Shown here piece by piece: positions 1 to 12,084 of a stretch of 64,000 nt of DNA. How positions within the stretch are numbered: position 1 is the first letter of the stretch; every line of letters starts with the position of its first letter. The notes under the pieces are model-generated. The model was given only the letters and a program-made list of their open reading frames with translations. It did no database searches and was not told the DNA's origin. A program made the translations under genes and the position numbers. The stretch lies in assembly GCA_965285935.1 (NCBI GenBank), contig OZ260662.1, positions 107,818,001-107,882,000 of the forward strand, written 5' to 3'. Source of the DNA: Ophelia neglecta. Its lineage: Eukaryota.

Positions 1-400
1 AACTGCCAATACTAACCAAGCCTACTTTCCCTCCAAAACTTTTAAAACAAAGGAAAAATATAGCTTTCCAATTGGTCCTAAGAAAATCAATAAAATACAA
101 CTACCTTATAAGGCAGTAGCCAATATACAAGGAGTGAACTCTGACCTATAACCCCTATGTACTGACCGGCATATATATTTTAGCCTCCTGCATTAACATA
201 GGCTTGGTAGCACGGTTCAGTGAACCCAGCTGATTCAGGACAACTAACTACAACCTTCAATACTGTAAACCTTACATAATGCACTGGTACACTTACATTC
301 TCAATTTTACAATCATATCAACATTTATAGGGACTCATAACACATACTTCACAATTATACACATACATACACATTTATATGGAATTACACACATGTTACA
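1..400 (-). repeat. 3' LTR (partial)
   Basis: Direct repeat of 7082-7481, ending GTTACA at 400 next to the PPT. Confidence 0.95.
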
Positions 401-412
401 TCCTTCCCCACA
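401..412 (-). promoter_or_regulatory. Polypurine tract (PPT)
   Basis: Minus strand reads TGTGGGGAAGGA immediately before the LTR start TGTAAC. Confidence 0.85.
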
Positions 413-557
413 ATGCTGAAATGTCACATTGACTCTACAAGGCAATCTGACATTGCCTGATAAACAAAAAATTATACTATTAATATATATAATGCATAAG
501 CAAATATGTGTGCTCTAGGACTTGACTAGCACGATTCACTTCGAATATGTCGAATGA

Positions 558-3500
558 CTAGACCCAAACGGTACCAACTGGCTGCTCGGTCTGTACTGCT
601 AAGTTAACGACATATGTTCCATCACGTAGATGGGCAGGTGCTCTTTTTGTTCGAGCAGAACGACGAACAATAGGGACCTCAGGACTGGTAACTAGTACTG
701 ATCCACTAGCAGATGGGCTTGTGGGGCGTACTTGGGGTACATGCAAATCGGGGGTTGCAGAAGTGTTATTGGCCAGTAGATCATCACCGACAATCCCGCC
801 CTCATTGCTCATTTCATTTACATCCTGGAGAGTGTCTGTGTCTAGATTACTGCCTTCACCTCTAGTTTCATCGGCGTCAGGGAGATTGCTGTTTTCCTCT
901 GGTTGTGGGTAACTGATCGTACTGGTCACAGGTTGATCTGTCAGAACTACTGCAATCTCTTGGTCAGATTCATCGCTTGAGTCATTGGCTTCGCCATCTT
1001 CACTCCTCTCCCCTCTGTGTCGAGAAGGTTTGGTGCATGCATTAACATGCTGAGGCGCCTTCTTCGGCGTAGCTGTATGATCTGAATTGATCAGATCAGT
1101 TTGCTGAAATATTTGGCCTATGGGCAATAAATTGTTCCTGTGAAGAGTGCGTATTTTGCCTTTTGGGTCATCCTCTTGGCGAACCTTAAACACTGGGATG
1201 TCAGAGTTGGGCTGCTCTAACACTATGTACACTGGCTCCTCCCAGTGGTCTGCTAGCTTATGTCTGCCTTCAAATGCCAGCTTCTTTACCAAGACTCTGT
1301 CTCCTGGCTCCACTACTGCTCCTCTCAGTCTACTATCATAGCTCTGTTTCTGCTTCCCACGTGCCTTGTCTGCACTCTGAGTAGCCAATCTGTATGATTC
1401 CGCCATTCTTTCCTTTAGATTGGTGACGTACTGACCATATGACTCGTGACCTGGCTCCCCGATTCCAAGAGAAACATCAATAGGAAGTTGGGGTTTCCTC
1501 CCAAACATCAGGAAATATGGAGTGTATCCCGTACTCTCGTGGCGAGTGCAATTGTAAGCGTGAACAAGCCAGTCTATATGTGCCTTCCAATTTGCCTTTT
1601 GTTCAGGGTGTAAAGTGCCTAACATGTTCATAAGAGTCCTGTTCATCCTCTCTGTCATCCCATTTCCAGAGGGATGGTATGGAGTGGTTCGGGACTTATC
1701 CATGCCAGTCATATGACAGAGTTCTCTTAATATTTGGCTTTCAAAGCATCCTCCCTGGTCTGAGTGGAGTCTTTTTGGAAATCCAAAGTAGGTGACAAAA
1801 TGATGGAGGAGGGCATCAGCTGTGGTTCTTGCAGTTTGATTCTTGGTGGGTATGGCCATAGCGTATCGAGTGAAATGGTCGGTGATGACCAATACGTTTG
1901 TGAAACCACCTTTGGAATTTTCGAGAGACAAATAATCCAATGACACAAGTTCCAATGGCTGAGTTGTCTTTATGCTCACTAATGGTGCCCTCTGAGTTGT
2001 TGGAGTCTTCCTGCGTAAGCAGCGATCACAACCCTTGACCCATCTTCTGACAGATTCATGCATTCCTGGCCAAAAGAATCGTTCTCTAATTAACTGTAGA
2101 GTCCTATCTGGTCCTGGGTGGCCCATCCCACCATGAAGAGACTCCAATACTTGTCTGTGCAGGCTGGGTGGAAGTACAGCTTATAAAATGTCCTTCCTTG
2201 GATATTTCAGTCTTTCGGCATAATACCCCGCGTCTCATGACGAGTCTTGGCTGCTCGCGAACAAAAGGCCTGACCAACTCTGATGGTATCGGGCCACGAT
2301 ACTTGGTCTGTACAAGACGGATGACTTCACTTAGAGCTGGATCCTCTCGCTGAGCTCTCCTTAAGTGTCGTGTCTCGGCTACCTGGTCATTTTCTACACC
2401 TGTCAATACATCACTTGACATGCAAAGAGTTTCCACCAGATTCCCTTGATTATTGTGTTGACTATAGCAGATAGTTGCCACAGACTCGGCGCTGATCAGA
2501 GAGGGTTCTTCAATGTTGTGTGGTAAACGTGATAATGTGTCGGCATCAACGTTTTTCAACCCTGGTCGGTATTTGATAGAAAATTTGTAGTTGGCAAGAG
2601 CTGCGATCCAGCGGTGGCCTGTCGCATCTAGCTTGGCTGAAGTTAGGACGTACGTCAACGGGTTGTTGTCTGAGAATACTGTAAATTCCGGTGCTCCCCA
2701 CAAGAATTGACTGAACTTCTCGGTGATGGCCCATTTCAGAGACAGAAACTCTAGTTTATAGGCTGGGTAGTTTTTCTCAGAATTCTTGAGGCCGCGACTG
2801 GCAAATGCAATGGGTTTAAGCACACCATTGTGTTCCTGGTAAAGGACAGCCCCTAGTCCTCCAATGCTCGCGTCTATATTCAGGTGATATCGCTGGGAAG
2901 TAGAAGGATAGGCCAGTACTGGTGGTGATGTCAGGGCATCCTTTAGACTCTGAAAATATTTCTCCTCTTCATCGCCCCATTTCCATACTTTGGGCTTGAT
3001 AATAACCTTCCTGCCCTTTTTTCTCCTCTCTCCCCCTCTCAGCTCATTCAAGGGGCGGGCTTTGGTAGAAAAGTTTGGGATGAAGGACCTATAGTAACCA
3101 GCGAAACTGGAAACTGTGATACTTCCTTGACTGATTTGGGAGTCGGCCATTCCTTGATCCTAGTTACTTTGTCAGGGTCAGTTTCAACGCCGTCAGGGGT
3201 CATGATGTGGCCCACAAATCTGATACGCCGTTTTAGGAAAGAACATTTCTTTGGAGACAACTTTAATCCACACTCTTCAATACGTTGGAAAACTTTTCCT
3301 ATATTTGCCAAATGTTCCTCAAAGGTTCTGCTAAAGATGATAATATCATCTAAATAGATCACGCAGATCTTGTGATTCAAGTCTCCAAGCATGTCCTCCA
3401 TCATTCTTTGGTAGGTTGCAGGTGCGTTAGTAAGCCCAAAGGGCATCCGATTCCATTCAAAGAAGCCAAGAGGTCCTGCTGTGAAAGCGGTGTAAGGTTT

Positions 3501-5057
3501 GTCCTCTTCATTGATATTGATCTGGTGATAACCTGGTTTCATGTCAAGTACACTAAAGAATTTAGCGCCATCCAAACAATATAGGATGTCTTCTAGTCGA
3601 GGGAGTGCGTACGAGTCTTGTACTGTCCTCTGATTCAGTTGCCGATAGTCAATGCATAGTCTTAAATCGCCATTCTTGCGACGAGCGATAACCATATTTG
3701 AAGCCCAAGGACTACGTGAATGACGAATCAGGCCAGTGCCGAGTAAATTGTTCAAGTGGTCTCTAACCTCATCATAACAAGCTGGGGGTATCCGACGATA
3801 TGGCTGCTTAAAAGGTTGCTGATTGTTCAGGTTAATGTCCATCTCCACAGTTGGGTGGCAACCAACATCTGTATCACTGTGGGAGAAAATGTGGGCCCAC
3901 GACTTTAAAAAATCCTTAAGTTCAGAAAACTCCTCCTCGGAGCAAGCGGCATCTTCAGGATCAAAGTTCAAATTCAGACCCGAAGGTAAGTCAGCATTAG
4001 CTCCAAGGCTAGAGGGAATATCCTTCGAAGTATCAGGTAAGTCGACCGGTGGTAGTATAGATACCGGTTGTAGTTCACATAATACAGCTCTTGGCGGGAT
4101 AACCAAAGTTTGAAGTGAATGGTTGGCAATACGAACTGGGACTGGCATCTGACGTCCAGGTGAGTACTGTATAACTCCAGGCACTATCTCAGTAGTCTTC
4201 GGTAGGATCGTCTTGGAGGTGGGTAGTAGCATAGCAGTACACTTTTGGTGTGGTACGTTGTCAGTAGTATAGCCTTGTATGGTGATGGTTTTGTTGGGAG
4301 GTACCACTATGGACTGGTCCTCTGCACTCGTAACTATGGCGAGTCTACCAGTACGGTTTACCTGGCGTTCTTGAATTGACATGCATCTAAAGGCCAAATA
4401 CCATGGGTCAGATAGTGGTGCCCGCTGAAGGAACTGTACGCCATACTTCTCACGGATGTCGGCCTGAGCTGCCTTGAGGAAGTTGGTACCTAGATTGACG
4501 GGGACTTTAGAACTGAAAGCAGTTTCACTAGTGACAAGCAAAAGACATGGTTTCCCCGGACTATCTGTGATACCAGAAACATTCAACACAACCTCAACCA
4601 CACCAATGTAATGTAATAGTATACCACTGGCCGTTTCAACTTCAAGTATTGTATCTAGTGACTGCAATTTAACACCTCTAGGCTCTAATTGGTCTCTAAA
4701 GAATGATTCGCTTACTGTAGAAACACCAGACCCAGTGTCTAGTAAAGCATTGGCAACAACATTAGATATAACAGGGCGGCAACGGGCACTGGTATCTTTC
4801 ATTTCAATTTCATCATTACCCACATGCAAATTCATAAAATCAGTTTCAACATGGTTATCATATTTCATAGATTTCTCGTTATCATCAGACATATTGACAT
4901 TCAACAAATCATATTTACATTCATCTATATCAAGCTTTTCATTAAATACAAAAATCACAGGAGTAATATTGGTTTCTCCGAAAAGCTTCGGGACTTCCTT
5001 CTCGGGACTTCGGCCTACCGACGTCCCCCGGTAGAGGTAGGCCCTCTCTGGTTTAAA
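558..5057 (-). pseudogene. pol: Gypsy pol (aspartic protease, RT, RNase H, integrase) with two frameshifts (about 3112 and 2180)
   Basis: Protease LLDTGS; RT LCIDYRQLN and YLDD; RNase H IDAS and SDNNPL; integrase HHCC, DDE motifs (SLDY, SDQG, TERMN) and a GPY/F-like region. Spread over ORFs 3048-5078, 2104-3150 and 558-2147. Confidence 0.95.
4990..5057 (-). promoter_or_regulatory. -1 programmed ribosomal frameshift signal (slippery heptamer plus stem/pseudoknot)
   Basis: T TTA AAC (5057-5051) is in the gag frame and the -1 frame is the pol ORF. After a 7-nt spacer comes an 8-bp stem GGCCTACC/GGTAGGCC; loop GGGAC can pair with a downstream GTCCC. Confidence 0.8.
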
Positions 5058-6033
5058 TGGTCGGTGATGACGGTACACTGGTACTGGGTGTGGCCAAAGT
5101 TACCACATCGCCAACATTGAAGGGGTGGTCGTTGTCTTGGTCGATGGGGTCCACCCGGATGAGGAGGCTGAATACCCTGGATAGCAGCAGGAGAAGGTGC
5201 ATTACCATAGCCAGCAGTATATGTGGACGAACCACTTGGCATAAGTGGGTTCTTGTAGGCAGGGCCAGGTAAGGGCAAGTTACCATATACAGGTCCAGGC
5301 ATGGGCACGTTACCGAAGGGGTTAGCTGGAGAAGGTAGGTAGTCAGACAGGTTCACATGCGGGAAGTTTACTGTAGTCACCGAGTGTAGGCCATCATTTT
5401 GTTTAGGGTGGGTGTCTGAAATGGGCTTCATCAGGCGGGACACTTGCTGTTGAAGATTAGTGACCTGGCTCCTCAGCGCCTTAAGTTCAGAGTCTGGTGT
5501 GGTTGAATGAGCCACAGAAGTAGTCTGGGCCTGGATGATACTTTTACTCGTCTTGGAAAGTTGAGACTTCCCCATCTCAGTCTCCAGTTGCCTCAAAGCG
5601 ATGCGCAATTCATCGAAGTCATTGATGGCGTCGAACTTAAACCTCGATTTTTCGAGCCCAAAATTTGGATCGAAGCATCTCATCTAGGGTAGTCTCACTG
5701 AATGAGGCTTTGTCCTTGGCTTGTAAAAGCATGTCTTCTAAACGCCCACTCCACTGAACAACGTTTTCATGTTCACGTTGATTGGCTTGGTAGAATTCAG
5801 ACAATATCTCCTCACTACTCTCAACTGCTCCATATAAGTTGTCAAGACGATCAAGTAATTGACCATCAAGATTGACCATCAGTCTCAACTTTGACCTCAG
5901 GCTGATGTGCAGCTGCAAAGTCTGTCATTATCTTGGCCATATCATCTGGAGAATCACCTTTAGGCCCTAGGCCTAAAGCCGCAAAAGCTCTACCAAACGC
6001 TTGTAGATCTTCCGTTGAAAATGGTTGAGACAT
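5015..6033 (-). pseudogene. gag: Gypsy gag with internal lesions
   Basis: ATG at 6033 (MSQPFSTEDLQAFGRAFAALG), capsid-like segment LLDRLDNLYG...WSGRLEDML, zinc knuckle CWRCGNFGHTQYQC. Frame breaks near 5870 and 5660. Confidence 0.88.
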
Positions 6034-6117
6034 TCTAACTTTTGGTCAAATAATAAATAGTCCAGGATTAATTAGACATCTGAATCAAATTGACATCCTT
6101 CAAAAAAAAGAACAAAA

Positions 6118-6137
6118 AAATCTCACTGGGGGCTCCA
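6118..6137 (-). promoter_or_regulatory. Primer binding site, probably for tRNA-Thr
   Basis: TGGAGCCCCCAGTGAGATTT starts 1 nt after the 5' LTR. Its complement ...AAATCTCACTGGGGGCT-CCA resembles eukaryotic tRNA-Thr(UGU) 3' ends (U discriminator). Confidence 0.75.
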
Positions 6138-6138
6138 T

Positions 6139-7481
6139 TGTAACCTAGGGGGTTTGTGAGTTCTAATATTTAAACACAAGTCCCGTTGAAGTGTACAAGT
6201 TTATTCCTTTATTATAAATCCTCACACACGTAGCTATCGCTAAGCTTTCACTAAGATATCGCTAAGGTATCACTAAGCACCTGTAAATAAGTGAAATAGG
6301 CAATAATCAGCTATGGTCACACTCACACTTGATAACATAATAAACTTCATTTCATAGCGAGAATATATATACGATTTCACACATGACATTTATGCCGTGC
6401 TTAAATATTTCAGTCATACGCGATATTAAAGAACACTAAGCTAATTGAACTTTCATACTTATTAACCATTTACACAGAAGGTGATCACCATCATTTATAC
6501 ACACTAACATACACACTACAATCTACTAACATACATTGGCTCACATACTGACTATATTATAGCTATATACTACATCCACACAGATAGCTGCATGAGCATC
6601 AAAGGGTTAATGTAACTAGTGTTATACCTTGGGTAAAGGTGCTCTGGGTGAGGCGGCAGGACAGAAGGCCAGGCTGCTTACATTTACTTGGAGGCATCAA
6701 CAACTATAATGAATGATAAGTAATCTATCAAGTACTGTAAACTCTTAAATTAGGTTCACAATTAAGCACTAGTCAGTTTTGAGGAACCAGCAATATACAA
6801 GGGATTCCTATACACACTTCAGTGCTGTACTGCACCTTTAGATTGGCCTAATACCTACATCTTCTTTCAGGAATTCATAGAAAAGCTATTCCTGTACAAA
6901 AGTCATAATAAATTCACTGTTCAATATACAGAACCGTGGATTGACAAAACTACAATATATACTCATAACACAGGACCACAAAGGAAACAATTTTCTTTGA
7001 CAAACCTAATTTTGGAACTATAAATCCTGACACAAAATGTCCTATCTCAAAGTGGTCCTCTCTCTACCAATTCTCCAGGCCAACTGCCAATACTAACCAA
7101 GCCTACTTTCCCTCCAAAACTTTTAAAACAAAGGAAAAATATAGCTTTCCAATTGGTCCTAAGAAAATCAATAAAATACAACTACCTTATAAGGCAGTAG
7201 CCAATATACAAGGAGTGAACTCTGACCTATAACCCCTATGTACTGACCGGCATATATATTTTAGCCTCCTGCATTAACATAGGCTTGGTAGCACGGTTCA
7301 GTGAACCCAGCTGATTCAGGACAACTAACTACAACCTTCAATACTGTAAACCTTACATAATGCACTGGCACACTTACATTCTCAATTTTACAATCATATC
7401 AACATTTATAGGGACTCATAACACATACTTCACAATTATACACATACATACACATTTATATGGAATTACAAACATGTTACA
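6139..7481 (-). repeat. 5' LTR, 1343 bp
   Basis: TGTAAC...GTTACA termini, adjacent to the PBS; minus-strand AATAAA near 6200. Confidence 0.95.
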
Positions 7482-8755
7482 CATATATCAGATAAGAATA
7501 TAATAAAAGGTTCAACCTTTACCTCTCTAATGTGTTGTACTCAGTATCGTATGGGATACCACCCCTTTGATCAGTTTCATGCATGTTCCCATTATTGAAG
7601 ACCACATTGATAGCCAGATTTAAAAAAAAGTTTTCTAAAAAAACATATTTGTTCATTGATTAGTTTATCTTGGTTATTAAAATGACTTTATTTCATAGCT
7701 GTCAATAATTTTCAATTAAACGTGAACGTCTGTTACAAATTAATCAATAGCCCGATAACTGGCCGATAGCCCGGCCGATGAATGTCCACACTGGTCTACC
7801 AACTGACATGATTTTTCACCCTCCACATGGGTCTAGCGACTAATTCTACACTGATCTAATGACTGATCCTTCTTCATACGGAAGACCTATATGCATATTT
7901 AAAATAGAGGAAGTTTTTTTTTGTCGTGTTGAAGAATGCCACGTTCTTATTTAATGCAATAAACCCAGGTCATTATTATTAGTTTAAAACAACTATGTGT
8001 GGATTTGCTATAGGTATTAGTTATAAAGATCATTCTAAATTAACAGATCATCTATAACGGCACTATTTCAAATATTGTTCTTTGTTATTTTCTACGGGCA
8101 ATTTCCTTGCTACTCGCACGTGTTCTTTCTCCAAAGGCCGTACTGGATTTTATATTGACCGGGTATTTTGTGCACTTAGGATGGTTTTTTTTTTACACGG
8201 GCAGTATGGGTGATTTATTTTAAACCCGTGCGATCTTTGTAGGTATAAATGTCGTTAATTTTTGCGAATACGTGCATTTTGTAGACTTTTTCATACGAAG
8301 CAAGGCAAACTTGGGCAACTATTAGTGTCTTTTAGAGGAGAATTGGCTCCTATGTTAGTACTTTTTTGTGACAAGTGGCACCCTCCAAGGACGCGTCCAA
8401 TCTCCAGGGTTATTTAATATCTTTACATATATCATTGACATTTTCGCTTAGTTAGATAGTGTTGAAACTTGTGCTCCCCGACTTCAGCCTCTGCTGGATA
8501 CCTGTGATTCATATGCCTTAACATGAAATTAAGTTTGGCAAACAAGTGGATTCTAATCTGCACAAAAATAAAAATATCTTCTGAAATTCCCGTTGGGGAT
8601 GGGATTTGGTCAACATGGTCTCACACATAGGACTTTGATTTTATTCTTTGATGAATTATGTGTTTATAGTGCCATAATCTCTCGGCCAATTGCAAAGCGA
8701 CAACTTTAGACTCGAAAATTCAAGATTACCTCATTGACTTTGATTGCTACCACAG

Positions 8756-10307
8756 CCAGGGCCCAAATACATACCTAGAGAGTGATTATGAACGCTTTGG
8801 ATTGGAGCTGACCCTACCTGGGACAACCATTGTATCTACGGACAACGAAGGAATCATGGTTTCATGTAAGGTATTATATTGACACCGTCACATATCTTTA
8901 GCATTCGTTCATGTAACCAGTAGAATCGATGTCAGTAAATTTATAGATAAGCCGCAAATAACATAACGGCTATGGAATTATGGGTTTTAGATGACAATAT
9001 TTTAAAATTGTTATTCGCCGTCTGCCTGTATAGTTTAATAAACACATGGCACTCATCACGTGATATCAATGTCAAACGGTTGAGGTAAAAGGTACGGTAA
9101 TAAGTGTTTTTCCAGGCAAGCCTACTGACATGACAACATTTTACCCCCTAAACATCATGATACATTCATCGGCTACCACCACTGCTTGGGAAGTATACAG
9201 CTCTCTCTATGGTGTCGCTGATTTGCATTCGATATTTCCTGTTTGATTTGTGCTTTTGGTGATATGAATAACTTCTGGCGCAAATCACATTGCTTAGGGG
9301 TCCAAACGGATTCGAATTCACGACCTACGAGAGAACGAGGCGCACTTGGAGGCAGTTCCCCCACCCGTTCTCGAAGTTTTTAACGCACTGTGCGGACAAA
9401 GACGTCGCAGGATCTTTTAGAGCGATTTCAGGTCAGTTCTACCTTCAAACATTGCGGACCTCCATATTTCGGGATTACCCAAGTGGTCCTCTTTGGCTTG
9501 ACATCATATATCATATCCTGTCTGTATTGATTATGCGGTCCTAGTTGTGGTCCTCTAATTTATCGCCATTGGGCATAAGTCGTCAGTAATTTGCATTTCC
9601 AAGCTGGGAATTCCCACTAATATTGATATACAGGAAAAACAAAAAGTAAGGCACCAGGAAGTTTATTATGTGATAACGCCGCACAACAATGACTATTTTA
9701 TAAGTGTATAAAATTACATCGCAATTATCAACTGCTGATTTTACGTAAATGATCTTTATACATTAAAGTCCATAGATACTATATTATGTAATTGTAGAGG
9801 ATTTTAAGCGAACATATATCATAAATGACCATGTATTCCGACCCTGTCGGCACAAACTGTGTAAAGAGTGTTGTGCTATTGCAACGAGTTAATCGATTTA
9901 TTATTATTTACTAATTCATAAAATAGAATCGGTGAAAATATTATATCTCGACACTGTGAAACGTATATATAGCAAAAATATGCTCACGTTATGTTTTCGT
10001 TACCTAAAACAGTCTTTTAATAGTATACTCTGCCACAACGTTCACGACACACTGATTTACGATACGGCAAGTGTCTGTGTTGGGGTTATTAGTGTAGTGT
10101 TAGTCGCTGGAGGGGTTACAGATGGGGGATACAAAATACAATGATCCTTTTTATGAGACTGCACTAGATTATGTCCTTTATCTCGGTTTCAGAACCAATT
10201 GGTGCGGTTTCGGTGCAAGCACTAACCCAAACACTCCCTCTTCTGGCAGTTTTTCCTGGCCGGGCGGTGGCAGCACTTTGAATCTTTGTAGGATTGAAGT
10301 GAAATAA
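8756..10307 (+). pseudogene. Putative degenerate multi-exon gene of unknown family (exons about 8760-8865, 9298-9431, 10024-10307)
   Basis: Three GC-richer blocks with AG/GT boundaries and compatible phases (GPNTYLESDYERF.., GPNGFEFTTYERTRR.., ..GDTKYNDPFYETALD..CRIEVK*). The third block has in-frame stops. Confidence 0.3.
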
Positions 10308-12084
10308 AGGAAGAGTTCTTGACGGGCGAGAGATTCTCAAAGGCATGACCGACGTCATGAAAAAAGAATGAGATAAATACAATCCAGTACCACACTATTT
10401 GTATTGTTCGTGTTTGACATGAAGTCAATTTCAAATCCTTAATCGGCCAAATTACCCGTCATTACTTTCCAAAAATGACATTGACAAATAAACAACGTAA
10501 AGAGAATATAACACCCAAATATTTCACAACATAAGGGCACCCAAGCCACCGTCCAACAAAATCGTTAACAATAACTCATGAAAAACAAATTGAACTAAAC
10601 TGTACCCAGTCTAAATGGTATAATTTTCTCCCTTCCAATCACCTGACCTTGGTGGTCAAGAAAGCGACAGGGGCGAACTTTTCTGGATCAGACCACACAT
10701 CTGGGTCATGGTGTACAGCCCAGATATTGATGATCACCTTATTAAACCAGGCAAAAAGATTATAAATATTTGGAACAAATAAACACATTAACGATCGGAA
10801 GTCTTTCTTACGAAAATACTTTTCACAAAATTTTAATAGATCTTTTTTCCTTATACTATAAATATTAGTATTAAAATATGCTCAGCCAACGGCTACCACA
10901 TGGAGTTTATGGACAGCAAAAAATTATTCTTACCACAGTGCCTTTTTCTAAGTAGAACCCCTGTAACTCAGTGTCAGCTGACAACCGGTGAGGAAGAGCG
11001 GCGGATCCTACTGAAGACTTCCTTAATGTCTCCAAAAGTGTCGCTTCTACATAATTCAACGAGGCTCGCTCTGACCACGAAGGTGACCCACCCTGGCCTT
11101 AGACATCGTCGATTGCACCCTGGACTCGACGCTGCTCATCCGGGTTATTGGCCATGTATTTCAGAGCCCAACGCAAAGTTGTCGAAGTCGTTTCACTACC
11201 GGCGGCGAAAAAGTCCAAAACAATAAACTATAGTGCTTCGGGATCCAAGGCGTCCCCCATTTTATATTTGTAAGCTGATATAAAGTCGCTGTCGTTCACA
11301 TATTGGTCACGTGATCCGGAATGCTCAAGGAGTTCTTCTTTGATGAATTGAGTCGCGACAAGATAATTACGCACTGCGGCTCGAATTGCTCGCCTGTTCC
11401 AAGGGAGACAGCGTATCAGAGGCAGAAACTCGACCAGCGTTAGTTCTCCAAATTCCCTCAGCATTTCTCGGACAGCTGTCAGGGCGGTTCTAAATCGGGT
11501 GTCTTTATAGCTAAACCTCTTATTCAGCAACACAGAACATATGATATTCGATACGGACACATACAACAGCTCTCCCGGACAAAATGGTTTAGCGTTTTCT
11601 TTGTTGAAAGCTTCCAGCAGCTCAGTCACTTCGAACAAGATTCTCTCTTCCAAGACGTTTTTCCCAAAACCTAGTTCACGCAAAATGGCCAGAGACACCT
11701 GCTTATTGCGGATGAAAGTCTCGTCAAAATGGGCGTCTATAAACCCTATTGTAAATAATCAATAAGTTTTTGTGGAACCGGCGATTTATTGGCTCTGATT
11801 TTGCATGCAAATGCATGGGATGATTGCCAAAACACAACTATAGACAGACTTGGGTAGTGAGGAATATATTGACCGTTATTCTGAAAAATAAAGCTCGAAA
11901 ACTTGTGTGCAAAATAATGTTATTCCTTTCATTGTGTATAACCGAATATTTGATAGGGCATGCCTGAGCTGAGGTTCTTACCTTTTTGAATGGGGTTTCG
12001 CTCATAAGCAGTGACGTATGTCGGTCTGTCAGCAAATAGTACTGCCTGTCTGACAAGCGCATCATGGATACTACTATAATCATT

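Larger units (their letters stand above)
1..7481 (-). mobile_element. Ty3/Gypsy LTR retrotransposon, defective; left (3') LTR cut by the window edge
   Basis: 1-400 matches 7082-7481 with 2 mismatches. Internal gag (CCHC knuckle) and pol in PR-RT-RH-IN order. PBS and PPT are at the expected positions. Confidence 0.97.
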
